From Betaproteobacteria bacterium (lineage in GTDB: Bacteria > Pseudomonadota > Gammaproteobacteria > Burkholderiales > Ferrovaceae): a stretch of DNA of 64,000 bases. Both the position numbers and the translations under genes were made by a program. The stretch lies in the NCBI GenBank assembly GCA_028868905.1, contig JAGWTQ010000001.1, forward strand, positions 684 to 64,683, given 5' to 3'. The notes under the pieces were generated by a model that saw nothing but the letters and a program-made list of their open reading frames with translations, searched no databases and had not been told where the DNA came from. Positions 32,537-45,498 of this stretch are shown here, one piece after another (the stretch's first letter is position 1; each line of letters opens with the position of its first letter).

Positions 32537-33823
32537 GCCCCCGCATCAGATGGTCCATCGCGGCACGCAACTCGGCGTGCCCTATGCTCGAGAGCAAATC
32601 CAGCGCGAACGCTTCGATCAGCAGGGTGCGCGCATGATCGGGGTCCAGCCCGCGCGAGCGCAGGTAGAACAACTGGGCTTCGTCCAGCTGGCCCACGGTT
32701 GCCCCGTGGCTGCACTTGACGTCGTCGGCAAAAATTTCCAGTTGCGGTTTGGTATCCACTTCAGCCTGGTCCGACAGCAGCAGATTGTGGTTCGACTGCC
32801 GGGAAGCCGTGTGCTGGGCGTCCTGCGCCACCACGATCTTGCCGTTGAAAACGGCGCGACCTGACCCGTCGAGTACGCCCTTGAAATATTCGTCGCTCGT
32901 GCAGTCGGGGCTTTCGTGGCGAATGCAGGTGTGAAAATCCTGGAATTCGCGGCTGGCCACCCGGTACAGGCCATTCATCACCACGGAGGCCCCCGGTTCC
33001 AGCAGGGCTGTTTCCATGTCGTTGCGGCCGAAAGCGCCGGAGAGCGCAAAGCTGTGGCTTTCAAACCGGCTGCCGCCTTGCTGGGAAGCCTGCAGCGCCC
33101 CGATGTGATAGGCACGCCCGCCTTCCTGCTGCAATTTCACGTGGCTGAGCTGGGCTCCCGTCTCAAGCCGCACGCCGGCCACCTGATTGACGAAATAGGC
33201 CTCATCGGTCAAACCCAGATACTGTTCGGCCACGGCCACGCGGGATCCGGCCGCAAGATGATAGGCATTGACCACATGCTGGGCCTGCCCGCCGCGGGTG
33301 GTGACGTAGAGAATCAGCAAGGGATCGTCCAGCGACGCTTCCGCCGCCGCGGTAATCCAGGCCCCTTCCGCCATGAACGCCGCATTGAGTCCCGCAAAGG
33401 GGGTGCGTGCGCGCACGGCCTGTAGAGGAACCTGCAGCCCGAGGCTGTCCCGGACCGACAATGCAGACAGGGGACGCACGGCAATTCCGGCTGGCAACCC
33501 GTCCAGTTGAGACAGTTGCGGGGAAAACCGGCCATCGACAAAAACAGCCCGATAGCGTGCTTGCGGCAGCACAGCACGCGCTTTCAGGGAATCCCACGTC
33601 GGCTGAGGCGCTTCGGGCGCTGCCGGCGCGCAGGACAGGGCCAGTTTTTCCAGGGCAGCCAGGCTGGTGTATTTCCACTCTTCATGGCGCGTGGTGGGAA
33701 AGCCCAGGGAAGCGAAATGGGCCCAGCCCGACCGGCGCCACTCCTGCCACTGGGGCGAGTCCTGCCAGGGCAACAGGGAACCCAGCCGTTCGAATTCCGA
33801 CTGGTAATGGGCGATGGCCGTGC

Positions 33824-33827
<4 letters not shown>
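32523..33827 (-). CDS. sufD: Fe-S cluster assembly protein SufD
   Basis: Beta-helix SufBD core with the C-terminal [26 protein letters not shown] motif. Positioned between sufC and sufS. Confidence 0.88.
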
Positions 33828-34597
<770 letters not shown>

Positions 34598-34618
34598 GTT
34601 GATTCCTGAATGTTGTCT

Positions 34619-36067
34619 TTAGCCGACGCTGCCTTCGAGGCTGACGCCCAGCAACTTCTGTGCTTCCACGGCAAATTCCATGGGCAGCTCCTTGAACACT
34701 TCCTTGCAGAAGCCGTTCACGATCATTGAAACAGCATCTTCCATGGTCAGGCCGCGCTGGCGGCAGAAGAACAGCTGGTCTTCGCCAATGCGGGAGGTGG
34801 ACGCCTCGTGTTCCACTTTTGCCGAGGCATTTTTCACTTCGATGTAGGGGAACGTGTGGGCCGCGCAGCGGTCCCCCAGCAGCAGCGAATCGCACTGGGT
34901 GTAGTTGCGCGCGTTTTGCGCGGCGCGGGCGATGCGCACCAGACCACGGTAGGCCTGATGACCGTAGCCTGCCGAAATCCCCTTGGAAATGATGGTGCTG
35001 CGGGTGTTTTTGCCCATGTGGATCATCTTCGTTCCGGTGTCGGCCTGCTGCCGGTGGTTGGTCAGCGCCACCGAGTAGAACTCGCCTACCGAATGATCAC
35101 CGCGCAGGATCACGCTGGGATACTTCCAGGTGATGGCCGACCCCGTTTCCACCTGGGTCCACGAAATCTTGGAATGGGCACCGCGGCAGTCGCCGCGCTT
35201 GGTCACGAAATTGTAAATTCCGCCGCGCCCTTCCTTGTCGCCGGGATACCAGTTCTGCACGGTCGAATACTTGATCTGGGCGTTTTCCAGGGCCACCAGT
35301 TCCACCACGGCCGCATGCAGCTGGTTTTCGTCGCGCATGGGCGCCGTGCAGCCTTCCAGGTAGCTCACGTAGGAATCGCGATCGGCAATAATGAGCGTGC
35401 GCTCGAACTGGCCGGTGTTCTTGGCGTTGATGCGGAAATAGGTGGACAGTTCCATGGGGCAGCGCACACCCGGTGGGATGTAGACGAAGGAGCCGTCGCT
35501 GAACACGGCGGAATTGAGCGCCGCATAGAAATTGTCCTGCACCGGGACCACCGAACCGAGGTATTGCCGGACCAGCTCGGGGTGTTCCTGAACCGCTTCG
35601 GAGAAGGAACAGAAAATGATGCCTTTTTCCGCCAGCTTGTCCTTGAACGTGGTGGCCACGGACACGCTATCGAACACGGCATCCACCGCAACACCCGCCA
35701 GGATGGCCCGCTCGTGCAGGGGAATGCCCAGCTTTTCGTAAGTTTTAAGCAGCTCCGGATCCACCTCCTCCAGGCTTTTCGGCCCGTCCTTCTGGGACTT
35801 GGGCGCCGAATAGTAGATGATGTCCTGGTAGTCGATGGGCGGATGATGCACGCTGGCCCATTCCGGCGGCTTCATGTCGAGCCAGCGGCGGAAAGCCGCA
35901 AGCCGCCATTCCAGCAGGAATTCAGGTTCGTTCTTCTTGGCAGAAATCATTCGCACGGTTTCTTCGGAAAGGCCGCGCGGCAGGGTATCGGCCTCCACGG
36001 AGGTTTCGAAGCCGTGCTGGTATTCCTGGCTGATGATTGCTTCAAGTGTAGAGGCGGAATCGCTCAT
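34619..36067 (-). CDS. sufB: Fe-S cluster assembly scaffold SufB
   Basis: 482 aa with highly conserved SufB blocks ([41 protein letters not shown]). Confidence 0.95.
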   Translation of the reverse strand: MSDSASTLEAIISQEYQHGFETSVEADTLPRGLSEETVRMISAKKNEPEFLLEWRLAAFRRWLDMKPPEWASVHHPPIDYQDIIYYSAPKSQKDGPKSLEEVDPELLKTYEKLGIPLHERAILAGVAVDAVFDSVSVATTFKDKLAEKGIIFCSFSEAVQEHPELVRQYLGSVVPVQDNFYAALNSAVFSDGSFVYIPPGVRCPMELSTYFRINAKNTGQFERTLIIADRDSYVSYLEGCTAPMRDENQLHAAVVELVALENAQIKYSTVQNWYPGDKEGRGGIYNFVTKRGDCRGAHSKISWTQVETGSAITWKYPSVILRGDHSVGEFYSVALTNHRQQADTGTKMIHMGKNTRSTIISKGISAGYGHQAYRGLVRIARAAQNARNYTQCDSLLLGDRCAAHTFPYIEVKNASAKVEHEASTSRIGEDQLFFCRQRGLTMEDAVSMIVNGFCKEVFKELPMEFAVEAQKLLGVSLEGSVG

Positions 36068-36070
36068 GGT

Positions 36071-36526
36071 TCATGTCACCGGTTGCGCCGAGGGGCGCGC
36101 AAAAATTCGAATGGGCTGGGACGGCACGGTCATTTCAGCCAGCGTCACCCCGGCCAGGGCATCATTGACGGCCTGGCTGATGCGTTGCCAGTTGGCCTTG
36201 ACGGAACACGAGCGCTCGCGCTGGCAGTTGCCGGGCTGTTTGGCCGTTCCACAATCCGTCAGCCCGACCGGGCCTTCCAGGGCGCCGATGATGTCCACCA
36301 TCGTGATGGCTTCCGGCTGCCGCGAAAGGGCGTAACCCCCTTTGGTGCCGCGCTGGGAATCCAGCAAGCCGCCCCGGGCCAGCATCTTGAGCAGCTTGTT
36401 CGCGGTCGGCAGGGCAATGCCCACGGCCTGGGCAATTTCCTGGGCAGCATGCAGCCGCTCCGGATCACGGGCCAGATAGGTCATGATGAGGATGCCGTAA
36501 TCCGTCAATTTGCCTATCCGGATCAT
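36071..36526 (-). CDS. Rrf2-family transcriptional regulator (SUF/IscR-type)
   Basis: MIRIGKLTDYGILIMTYLA winged-helix N-terminus and a C-terminal Cys cluster (TDCGTAKQPGNCQRERSC) suited to Fe-S ligation. ATG at 36526 is preferred over the TTG at 36535. Confidence 0.85.
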   Translation of the reverse strand: MIRIGKLTDYGILIMTYLARDPERLHAAQEIAQAVGIALPTANKLLKMLARGGLLDSQRGTKGGYALSRQPEAITMVDIIGALEGPVGLTDCGTAKQPGNCQRERSCSVKANWQRISQAVNDALAGVTLAEMTVPSQPIRIFARPSAQPVT

Positions 36527-36580
36527 ATGACCCAATTTCCTTCAAAAAATAATTTAATATTTAACAAGTTAGCCAATACA

Positions 36581-36595
36581 GTACTATTATAGTAC
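36581..36595. promoter_or_regulatory. Perfect 15-bp palindrome overlapping the -10 hexamers of both divergent promoters (candidate Rrf2 operator)
   Basis: GTACTAT-T-ATAGTAC. Minus strand gives TTGCTA-18 nt-TATAAT and plus strand gives TTAACA-18 nt-TATTAT, with both -10 elements inside the palindrome. Confidence 0.45.
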
Positions 36596-36665
36596 CATTT
36601 TTAACCCTTTAGCAACGTCACAGCCGGCAGCTAGAATCCCAAAAACCCGGTCCACTAGGAAAATC

Positions 36666-37949
36666 ATGGTTCCCCACTTGACGACTGCCCTGACGGGCCC
36701 CCTGCAAGCCCTGGAACGAGAAATACTGGGCGCCCTGCCAACCATCGAGCACTGGTTTCGCCAGCAGTGGCAAAACCATTCCGCGCCGTTTTACACATCG
36801 GTGGACCTGCGCAACTCGGGATTCAAGCTGGCCCCCGTGGACACCAACCTGTTTCCGGCGGGCTTCAACAACCTGCGCCCCGAATTTGAACCGCTGTGCG
36901 TGCAGGCCGTCATGTCAGCCGTGGAAAAAATTTGCCCGGATACGCGCCAGTTCCTGCTGATTCCAGAAAACCACACGCGCAACCTGTTCTACCTGCAGAA
37001 CGTGGCCGCCCTCAAATCCATCCTGCAGCGCGCCGGATTTGCGGTGCGCATCGGCAGCCTGCTGCCCGAGATCACGGCGCCCACGCCCCTGGCGCTGCCC
37101 GATGGCCAGACGCTGGTGCTGGAGCCGGTGCGCCGCGCAGGCAACCGGCTTTCGCTCGACGGGTTCGATCCGTGCGCCGTACTGCTCAACAACGATCTTT
37201 CGGGAGGCATTCCGGACGTGCTGAAAGGCTTGTCACAACCGGTGGTCCCCCCCCTGTTTGCCGGTTGGAGCACGCGCCGGAAATCGCGGCACTTTGCAGC
37301 CTACGACCGGGTTGCAACTGAATTCGCCGCGCTGGTGGGCATTGATCCCTGGGTCATCAATCCCTATTTCTCGCACTGCGGCCATGTGGACTTTGCCGAC
37401 CGGCAAGGGCTGGACTGCCTGTCCAGCCAGGTGGAAATGCTGCTCGCCAAAATCCGCGACAAATACCGCGAACTCGACATCCGCGACGACCCCTTTCTCA
37501 TCATCAAGGCCGATGCCGGAACCTACGGCATGGGCATCATGACCGTCAAAAGCCCGGACGACCTGCAGTCGCTCAACCGCAAGCAACGCAACAAGATGGC
37601 CGTCATCAAGGAAGGCCAGGCGGTGCGCGAAGTGCTGATCCAGGAAGGGGTGTACACCTACGAGTCGGTGGAAGGTGCCGTGGCGGAACCCGTCATCTAC
37701 ATGATCGACCATTTCGTGGTCGGCGGCTTTTACCGGGTTCACACGGAACGCGGCATCAACGAAAACCTCAATGCCCCCGGCGCCCGTTTTGTTCCGCTGG
37801 CCTTTGAAACCAACGCCATCGCGCCCGACCAGAGCCAGGATCCGGACGCCATGCCCAACCGCTTCTATACTTATGGCGTCGTGGCGCGGCTCGCCATGCT
37901 GGCAGCCGCCCTGGAACTGGAAGACATGGCTGCAACGCAGGAGGAGTGA
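36666..37949 (+). CDS. gshA: Glutamate-cysteine ligase (beta-proteobacterial / Acidithiobacillus-type GshA family)
   Basis: 427 aa. The sequence is recognised as the short GshA family found in beta-proteobacteria and Acidithiobacillus, and it is immediately followed by gshB. Confidence 0.8.
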   Translation: MVPHLTTALTGPLQALEREILGALPTIEHWFRQQWQNHSAPFYTSVDLRNSGFKLAPVDTNLFPAGFNNLRPEFEPLCVQAVMSAVEKICPDTRQFLLIPENHTRNLFYLQNVAALKSILQRAGFAVRIGSLLPEITAPTPLALPDGQTLVLEPVRRAGNRLSLDGFDPCAVLLNNDLSGGIPDVLKGLSQPVVPPLFAGWSTRRKSRHFAAYDRVATEFAALVGIDPWVINPYFSHCGHVDFADRQGLDCLSSQVEMLLAKIRDKYRELDIRDDPFLIIKADAGTYGMGIMTVKSPDDLQSLNRKQRNKMAVIKEGQAVREVLIQEGVYTYESVEGAVAEPVIYMIDHFVVGGFYRVHTERGINENLNAPGARFVPLAFETNAIAPDQSQDPDAMPNRFYTYGVVARLAMLAAALELEDMAATQEE

Positions 37950-37957
37950 GCCCCCCA

Positions 37958-38898
37958 TGAAACTGGCCTTCATCGTGGACCCGCTGGAGTCCCTGCAACC
38001 GAAAAAGGATTCCAGCATCGAAATGATGCGTGCGGCCGTGCGGCGAGGCCACACGCTGCACGGCATCGAACCCGGGGGACTGCATCTGGCGCAAGGGCAG
38101 GTTCTGGCCCGCGCCATCCCCATCACGCTCACGGGCGAAACCTCGCCCTGGTTTTCCGCCCAGGCTCCCGCCCTCCTGCCGCTCACTCACTTCGACGCCG
38201 TGCTGATGCGCAAGGATCCGCCGGTGGATTCGGAATACCTTTATGCCACCCATCTGCTGGAACTCGCCGAAAGTGCAGGGGTCCGCGTCTTCAACCGGCC
38301 CCGGGCGCTGCGCGATTTCAACGAAAAGCTGGCCGCGGCCCGCTTTCCGGAGCTTTCCCCTCCGCTGCTGGTCTCCTGCCGCGAAGACGTACTGCGCGAC
38401 TTCGTGCGAACCCAGGGCGACGTCATCTTCAAGCCGCTGGACAGCATGGGAGGCAACGAGATCTTCCGCGTCTCGGAACAGGACCCCAACTTCGGCGTGA
38501 TCCTGGAAACCATGACGCGCCGGGGGCAGCGCACCATCATGGCCCAGCGCTACCTGCCCGCCATCGTCGACGGCGACAAGCGAATTCTGGTGGTGGACGG
38601 GGAAGTCATGCCCTACTGCCTGGCGCGTATTCCCGCCAGCGGGGAAACCCGCGGCAACCTGGCGGCGGGCGGCAGCGGTCGCGCCCAGCCCCTGTCGCCG
38701 CGCGACCGGTTCATTGCCGAAGCCGTGGCCCCCACGCTGAAAGAAGCGGGCTTGCTGCTGGCGGGACTCGACGTGATCGGCGACTGCCTCACGGAAATCA
38801 ACGTGACCAGCCCCACCTGCATGCGGGAAATCCGCGACCAGACTGGCGTGGATACCGGCCAGGCCGTCATCGAAGCCCTGGAGCGCGCCGTTCGCTGA
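37958..38898 (+). CDS. gshB: Glutathione synthetase (ATP-grasp)
   Basis: MKLAFIVDPLESLQPKKDSSIEMM N-terminal domain and ATP-grasp core (GDKRILVVDGE, NLAAGG, GLDVIGDCLTEINVTSPT). Confidence 0.93.
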
Positions 38899-39909
<1,011 letters not shown>

Positions 39910-42669
39910 TTACCCGCTGTTTCGCAAGCCGGCGGCCACACCGTTGATGGTCAGGTAAATCGCACGCTTGACCGCTTCTTCCGAACGGCCCGCACGGAAA
40001 TTGCGCAGCAGGTCCACCTGCAGATGGTTGAGCGGATCAAGATACGGGCTGCGTTCCCGTATGCTGCGCGACAGGGTCGGGTTGGACTCGAGAAAAACCT
40101 TCTGGCCCGTGATGGCGAACAGCGCCTGGGCCGTGAGCTCGAACTCACGTTCGATTTCCGAAAACACCTGCTGGCGGAGGTCCGGATCGGACACCAGCGC
40201 TGCATACCGTCCCGCGATGCTCAAATCGGTTTTGGCCAGCACCATGTCCATGTTGGACAACAGCGCCTGCAGGAAAGGCCAGGTCTGGACCATCTGCTGC
40301 AGCTTCGCCAGGCCATCAGGATGCCGGGCACGGAATTTTTCCACGGCCGTGCCAAACCCGTACCAGCCCGGGATGATCATGCGCGATTGGCCCCAGCTGA
40401 AAACCCACGGAATGGCCCGCAAATCCTCGATACGCTCGGATTTCTTGCGCGACGCAGGCCGGCTGCCGATATTGAGCTCCGAAATTTCCCGAACCGGTGT
40501 CGCTTCACGGAAAAAGCGGTCAAAACCGGGCGTTTCGTAGACCAGTTCGCGATAACGCCTGAAGGAATATTCCGCCAGCTCTTCCATGACCTCGTAAAAC
40601 GCTTCTCGCCCTTCCAGGTCCTTGTCGCGGTCGAGCAGGGTGGCTTCGATCGTGGCGGCCACCAGGGTTTCCAGGTTGCGCCGGCCGATGCCGGGATCGG
40701 AATATTTGCTGGCGATCACTTCGCCCTGTTCCGTGAGCCGGATCTGGGCATTCACGCTGCCGGCAGGCTGGGCCAGGATGCCGTAGTAGCTGGGTCCGCC
40801 CCCGCGCCCGATAGAGCCGCCGCGCCCATGGAACAGGCGCATTTCGATGCCGTACTCGGCGAACACCTGAACCAGGGTTTTTTCCGCCTTGTAGAGCTCC
40901 CAGTTGGCCGTCAGGAAGCCGCCATCCTTGTTGCTGTCGGAATAGCCCAGCATGACTTCCTGGGTGTTGTGGCGGCTGGCCAGCAGCGTGCGGTACAACT
41001 TGAGGGAAAACAGGCGCGACATGATGCCGCCGCAACCGCGCAGGTCCCCGATGGTTTCAAACAGGGGGATGATGTTCATGGAGAGCTGCGGCGTGTCGCC
41101 CGGCCGCATGAGTCCCACTTCCTTCATGATCAGTGCCACTTCCAGGATGTCACTGACGCTGTCCGTCTTGGAAATGATGTAGTTTGGCAACGCCTCCGGG
41201 CCCAGGCGTTGCTGCAGCAGGGCCGCCATTTCAAACGTAGCCAGTTCGCTTTGCACCACATCGCTGTATTGGGCAAATGGGAAGCGCAGCAACCGAGGGC
41301 TGCCCAGCTCACGCACCAGGATCTCGATGCGCTGGTCTTCATCCAGGGCCTGGTAATGGATGCCGGTGCCCGCGTGGTGCAGCAGTTCGGCCACGGTTTT
41401 TTCGTGAAACTCCGAATGCTGGCGCAAGTCGAGCGGCGCCAGGTGGAACCCGAAGGAGGACACCGCGCGCTGCAGGAGGCGCAGGCGCCCTCCGGCCAGA
41501 AGTCCCGAACCGTGGCTTTGCAGGGAACGCCTCAGGATTTCAAGGTCTGCCGCAAACTCGGATGGCGAGCGGTAGGGTTCGGGTTGCAGCACTGCCCCGT
41601 CGTCCACGCCTTGTATCAGACGCTTCGCGGTGTGGTTTAGTCGCGCATGAATATGGGTGATGGCGCGGCGGTAGGGCTCCTCCATCCGGCTGTCCGCCAT
41701 TTCCGGCGACTGCTCCGCCAGGCGGATCAGGTCTTCGGAGAGCGAAACCAGGCGCGACGACAGGGACAATTCGCCGCGCAGCGACAGCAGCTGCTGCAAA
41801 TAGAACTCCAGCACCACGGCGCTGTGCCGGCGCAAGGCATGTTCCGTCACGTCGGCCGTCACGAACGGATTGCCGTCACGATCTCCGCCGATCCAGCTGC
41901 CCATGCGCAGGAAGGAGGGCAGATCCCGGGCAACTTCCGAATAATCCGGATCCGACGCCAGGGCATCCTCGATTTGGGAGCACAGGCGCGGGACTTCCCG
42001 CAGGAATGTGTACCGGTAGTAGGACAGGCCGTTTTCGATTTCGTCGTGAACGCGCAGCTTGAAGGTGCGCAATTCATTGGTCTGCCACAGGGTCAGAATG
42101 GCGCGGCGCAGGGACGCCTCGTTTTCAACGCGTTCTTCCGGCGTCATGGCCACGCGCGTGCGTTCGCCCAACCGGTTGGCAATCATGAGGTGACAGTCGA
42201 GCACGCTCTTGCGCTGGACTTCCGTGGGATGCGCGGTCAGCACGGGGGATACCAGCGCCTTTGAAAAGAAGTCTTTCAGGTCGCCCGCTTTGACGCCTGC
42301 CTCCTTGATGCGATGCAAGGCCAGGGCCACGCTGCCTTCGCGCGGCGGGGCACCCGCCTGGGAATAGGCGATGCGGCGCCGGTTGTGGTGCAGGTCTTCG
42401 GCAATATTGGCCAGGTGGGAAAAATAACTGAATGCCCGCACCACCGCGATCGTGTGCTCCGGGCTCAGGCCGTCCAGGCTGTGGTCCAGCAGGGACCGGG
42501 CCTGCGGGTCTTCGCTGCGGCGGTAACGGATGGCTGTCTGGCGGATGCCTTCGATCAGCTGAAAAATATCCTCGCCTTCCTGCTCGCGCAGGGTATCACC
42601 CAGGATCCTGCCCAGAAAACGGATGTCTTCGCGTAGCGGGTGGTCCTTGTCTGCCGACGATGCGTTCAT
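39910..42669 (-). CDS. ppc: Phosphoenolpyruvate carboxylase
   Basis: 919 aa with [22 protein letters not shown] and the C-terminal [12 protein letters not shown] signature. Confidence 0.96.
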   Translation of the reverse strand: MNASSADKDHPLREDIRFLGRILGDTLREQEGEDIFQLIEGIRQTAIRYRRSEDPQARSLLDHSLDGLSPEHTIAVVRAFSYFSHLANIAEDLHHNRRRIAYSQAGAPPREGSVALALHRIKEAGVKAGDLKDFFSKALVSPVLTAHPTEVQRKSVLDCHLMIANRLGERTRVAMTPEERVENEASLRRAILTLWQTNELRTFKLRVHDEIENGLSYYRYTFLREVPRLCSQIEDALASDPDYSEVARDLPSFLRMGSWIGGDRDGNPFVTADVTEHALRRHSAVVLEFYLQQLLSLRGELSLSSRLVSLSEDLIRLAEQSPEMADSRMEEPYRRAITHIHARLNHTAKRLIQGVDDGAVLQPEPYRSPSEFAADLEILRRSLQSHGSGLLAGGRLRLLQRAVSSFGFHLAPLDLRQHSEFHEKTVAELLHHAGTGIHYQALDEDQRIEILVRELGSPRLLRFPFAQYSDVVQSELATFEMAALLQQRLGPEALPNYIISKTDSVSDILEVALIMKEVGLMRPGDTPQLSMNIIPLFETIGDLRGCGGIMSRLFSLKLYRTLLASRHNTQEVMLGYSDSNKDGGFLTANWELYKAEKTLVQVFAEYGIEMRLFHGRGGSIGRGGGPSYYGILAQPAGSVNAQIRLTEQGEVIASKYSDPGIGRRNLETLVAATIEATLLDRDKDLEGREAFYEVMEELAEYSFRRYRELVYETPGFDRFFREATPVREISELNIGSRPASRKKSERIEDLRAIPWVFSWGQSRMIIPGWYGFGTAVEKFRARHPDGLAKLQQMVQTWPFLQALLSNMDMVLAKTDLSIAGRYAALVSDPDLRQQVFSEIEREFELTAQALFAITGQKVFLESNPTLSRSIRERSPYLDPLNHLQVDLLRNFRAGRSEEAVKRAIYLTINGVAAGLRNSG

Positions 42670-42747
42670 GCCAACCCCCGGACAGCCGCAGGCTTCGTGC
42701 TACACTCCGTGCCCATAGACGATCCCCGCCCATTCCGCTCACACACC

Positions 42748-43683
42748 ATGTCATCCGCTCCAAAAATCACGATTGCCACCCGCGAAAGCCGCCTTGCCTT
42801 ATGGCAGGCCGAACATGTCCGGGATCGATTGCTGGGATTATATCCGCATGCCGAGGTGCGGTTGCTGGGAATGACAACCACCGGCGACCAGATCCTGGAC
42901 CGCACCCTGGCCGCGGTGGGCGGAAAAGGGCTGTTCGTGAAGGAACTGGAGCTTGCCATGCTTGAGCGGCGCGCCGAAATGGCCGTCCATTCCATGAAGG
43001 ACGTGCCGATGGAGCTGCCCCCCGAATTCACGCTGTGCGTGGCGGGAGAGCGCGAAGACCCGAGGGACGCCTTTGTCTCCGGACAGTATGCCCGCCTGGA
43101 GGAACTGCCTGCCGGCGCGGTGGTGGGCACTTCCAGCCTGCGCCGCGAATGCCAGCTGCGCGCCCGTCACCCCCACCTTTCCATCCGGCCGTTGCGAGGC
43201 AATCTGGACACGCGCCTGCGCAAGCTGGATGCCGGGGAGTACCAGGCCATCATTCTTGCCGCAGCCGGTTTGAAGCGCCTGGGGCTTGCCGACCGCATCC
43301 GCTCCCTGTTGCCCATTGAAGCCAGCCTTCCGGCTGTCGGCCAGGGTGCCCTGGGGCTCGAATTCCGCACCGACCATCCGCACCTGGCGGACTGGCTTGC
43401 GCCGCTGCGCAACGCCGCCAACGAAGCCTGCGTGTGGGCAGAACGCACGGTCTCTCGCCGCCTCGCCGGCAGTTGCGACGTGCCGCTCGGCGCCCATGCC
43501 ACGATCGAGAACGGCATCCTGAGCCTGCAAGCGTTCGTCGGCAGCCCTGATGGCAGCCGCATCGTGCGCGCAGCGGGTCGCGGGGACGCCACAGCTCCCG
43601 TGGAATTGGGAGAAACTGTGGCGGAACAGTTGCTTGTCCAGGGGGCGGCGGATATCCTGAACTCATGTCGGAGTGCGGGATAG
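42748..43683 (+). CDS. hemC: Hydroxymethylbilane synthase (porphobilinogen deaminase)
   Basis: [29 protein letters not shown], and the cofactor Cys region ([12 protein letters not shown]). Confidence 0.94.
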   Translation: MSSAPKITIATRESRLALWQAEHVRDRLLGLYPHAEVRLLGMTTTGDQILDRTLAAVGGKGLFVKELELAMLERRAEMAVHSMKDVPMELPPEFTLCVAGEREDPRDAFVSGQYARLEELPAGAVVGTSSLRRECQLRARHPHLSIRPLRGNLDTRLRKLDAGEYQAIILAAAGLKRLGLADRIRSLLPIEASLPAVGQGALGLEFRTDHPHLADWLAPLRNAANEACVWAERTVSRRLAGSCDVPLGAHATIENGILSLQAFVGSPDGSRIVRAAGRGDATAPVELGETVAEQLLVQGAADILNSCRSAG

Positions 43684-43693
43684 GGCGGAGTCC

Positions 43694-44461
43694 ATGGTGT
43701 CGCGCGAACCACTTGCCCGGCGCCCAGGCCTTCTGATCACACGGCCGCAGGCGCTGGGAGCCGAGCTCGCAGCCCGCGTTGTCCAGGAGGGCGGCCGGGC
43801 CTGGCTGTTTCCAACGCTGGAGATCAGGCCGCTGCCGTTCAATGCCGAGCAGGCGAAAGCCCTGCTTGCGCCTGCTGACTGGATCGTTTTCATCAGCGCC
43901 AATGCGGTCTCGTTCGGCTGGCCCTGGGTGATCCGGGGTGCCCCGGTGCGCGCGCAACTGGCCGCCGTCGGTCGCGCCACGGCAGAGCGCCTGGAACAAC
44001 AGAGCCGGCTGCCCGTGCTGCACCCCACCCACGGCGCCGACAGCGAAGCGTTGCTGGCCTTGCCGGAATTCTCGGCCCCTGCCGGAAAAACGGTGGTGAT
44101 CGTGCGTGGCCGGGGAGGGCGGGAATGGCTTAAATCGACGCTCGAATCGCGCGGAGCGCATGTGAACTACCTGGAATGTTATGAGCGCTGTCTGCCACAC
44201 CCCGACCTTGGGGATCTGGACGACGCCCTCGCCCAGGGCGCCGTCATCAGCGTCCAGAGCGCGGAAGCCCTGAAAAATTTGTGGACCCTTGCCGGGGAAA
44301 CCCGTCATGACGTCCTGCAACGCTGCGATTTTCTGGTGTCTCACCCAAAAATCGCCGCCGCAGCCCAAAGCCTGGGCATCCGGCACATTCATGTGACGGA
44401 ACCCGGCGAAGCGGCGCTGGTTGCGTATTGGAAAACCCTAACCACATTGTTGCCATCATGA
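43694..44461 (+). CDS. hemD: Uroporphyrinogen-III synthase
   Basis: HEM4 fold (LLITRPQ...) between hemC and hemX. Start is ambiguous: ATG 43694 or GTG 43673. Confidence 0.8.
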   Translation: MVSREPLARRPGLLITRPQALGAELAARVVQEGGRAWLFPTLEIRPLPFNAEQAKALLAPADWIVFISANAVSFGWPWVIRGAPVRAQLAAVGRATAERLEQQSRLPVLHPTHGADSEALLALPEFSAPAGKTVVIVRGRGGREWLKSTLESRGAHVNYLECYERCLPHPDLGDLDDALAQGAVISVQSAEALKNLWTLAGETRHDVLQRCDFLVSHPKIAAAAQSLGIRHIHVTEPGEAALVAYWKTLTTLLPS

Positions 44462-45498
44462 CTGACCTGCCTGCCCCTCCGGCCCCGACGCGCCGCCGGC
44501 CTGTGTTCCTGGATCACCTCAACGCCCGCAACGGGCTGTTGTGGGCCCTGCTGGCCCTGGTCCTGGTCGGGGTCCAATGGCTGGAGTCCCATGCGGAGAT
44601 CGCCCGCCTGCAGCGGGAACTGGCCCAGCGGCTGGGCGAAGCCAACACCCTGGTCAGGCAAAACCAGGCCACGTCCCAACAGGCGGCCGAAAGTACGCGC
44701 GAAGCCGATGCGCGGCTGGCGGCCCTCGAAAGCCGTGTTGCGGAATCCCAGAACCAGCAGGTGGAACTCGAAGCCCTGTACCAGGAGCTTTCCAGGAACC
44801 GGGATGACTGGATCCTGGCTGAAGTGGAACAGCTGGTGGTGATTGCCAATCAGCAGTTGCAGCTGACCGGAAATGTCCAGTCGGCGCTGTCTGCCCTCCA
44901 GGCAGCCGACCTGCGCCTGCAAAAAATCAGCAAACCGGCCTTCATTGCCGTGCGCCAGGTCCTGAACCAGGATATTGACCGCCTGCGCGCCCTCCCGTAC
45001 GTGGATACGACCGGCATCAGCATCCGTCTGGATGATGTGGCATCCGCGGTGGATTCCCTGCCCCTGGCTTCCGAAACCCGGCCGGCATCTGCGCTCCCGG
45101 CCCAGCCGGCCGCTGCGGAAGGGGTTTTTACCCGCATGGCTCACGAACTGTCCCTGGAACTTGCCAAAGCCGTTCAAATTCGCCGCATGGACACGCCCGA
45201 ATTGCCGCTGCTGAGCCCTGACCAGGCTTTTTTCCTGAGGGAAAACCTGAAACTTCGCCTCATGTCTGCCCGCCTGGGTGCCCTTTCACGCAATGAAACC
45301 AGCTACCGGGCCGACCTGAAAGCCGCGCTGGTCTGGATGAACCGTTATTTCGACCGTAGCGCAAAACCGGTGCGCGCCGCGCTCGACACGTTGCACCAGC
45401 TGAGCGACACCCCGGTCAACATCGCGCTGCCTGACGTCAATGCCACGCTCAATGCCGTGCGCAAGGCACGGGCGCCACGGGAAGGAACCCATCGATGA
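44458..45498 (+). CDS. hemX: HemX family membrane protein
   Basis: N-terminal TM followed by a long coiled coil. ATGA overlap with hemD and conserved hemCDXY order. Confidence 0.75.
   Translation: MTDLPAPPAPTRRRPVFLDHLNARNGLLWALLALVLVGVQWLESHAEIARLQRELAQRLGEANTLVRQNQATSQQAAESTREADARLAALESRVAESQNQQVELEALYQELSRNRDDWILAEVEQLVVIANQQLQLTGNVQSALSALQAADLRLQKISKPAFIAVRQVLNQDIDRLRALPYVDTTGISIRLDDVASAVDSLPLASETRPASALPAQPAAAEGVFTRMAHELSLELAKAVQIRRMDTPELPLLSPDQAFFLRENLKLRLMSARLGALSRNETSYRADLKAALVWMNRYFDRSAKPVRAALDTLHQLSDTPVNIALPDVNATLNAVRKARAPREGTHR

Noticed and set aside
34808-36592. 594-aa ORF on the plus strand
   Set aside because: It is antisense to sufB and the Rrf2 gene, with no recognisable domains, so it is a shadow ORF.
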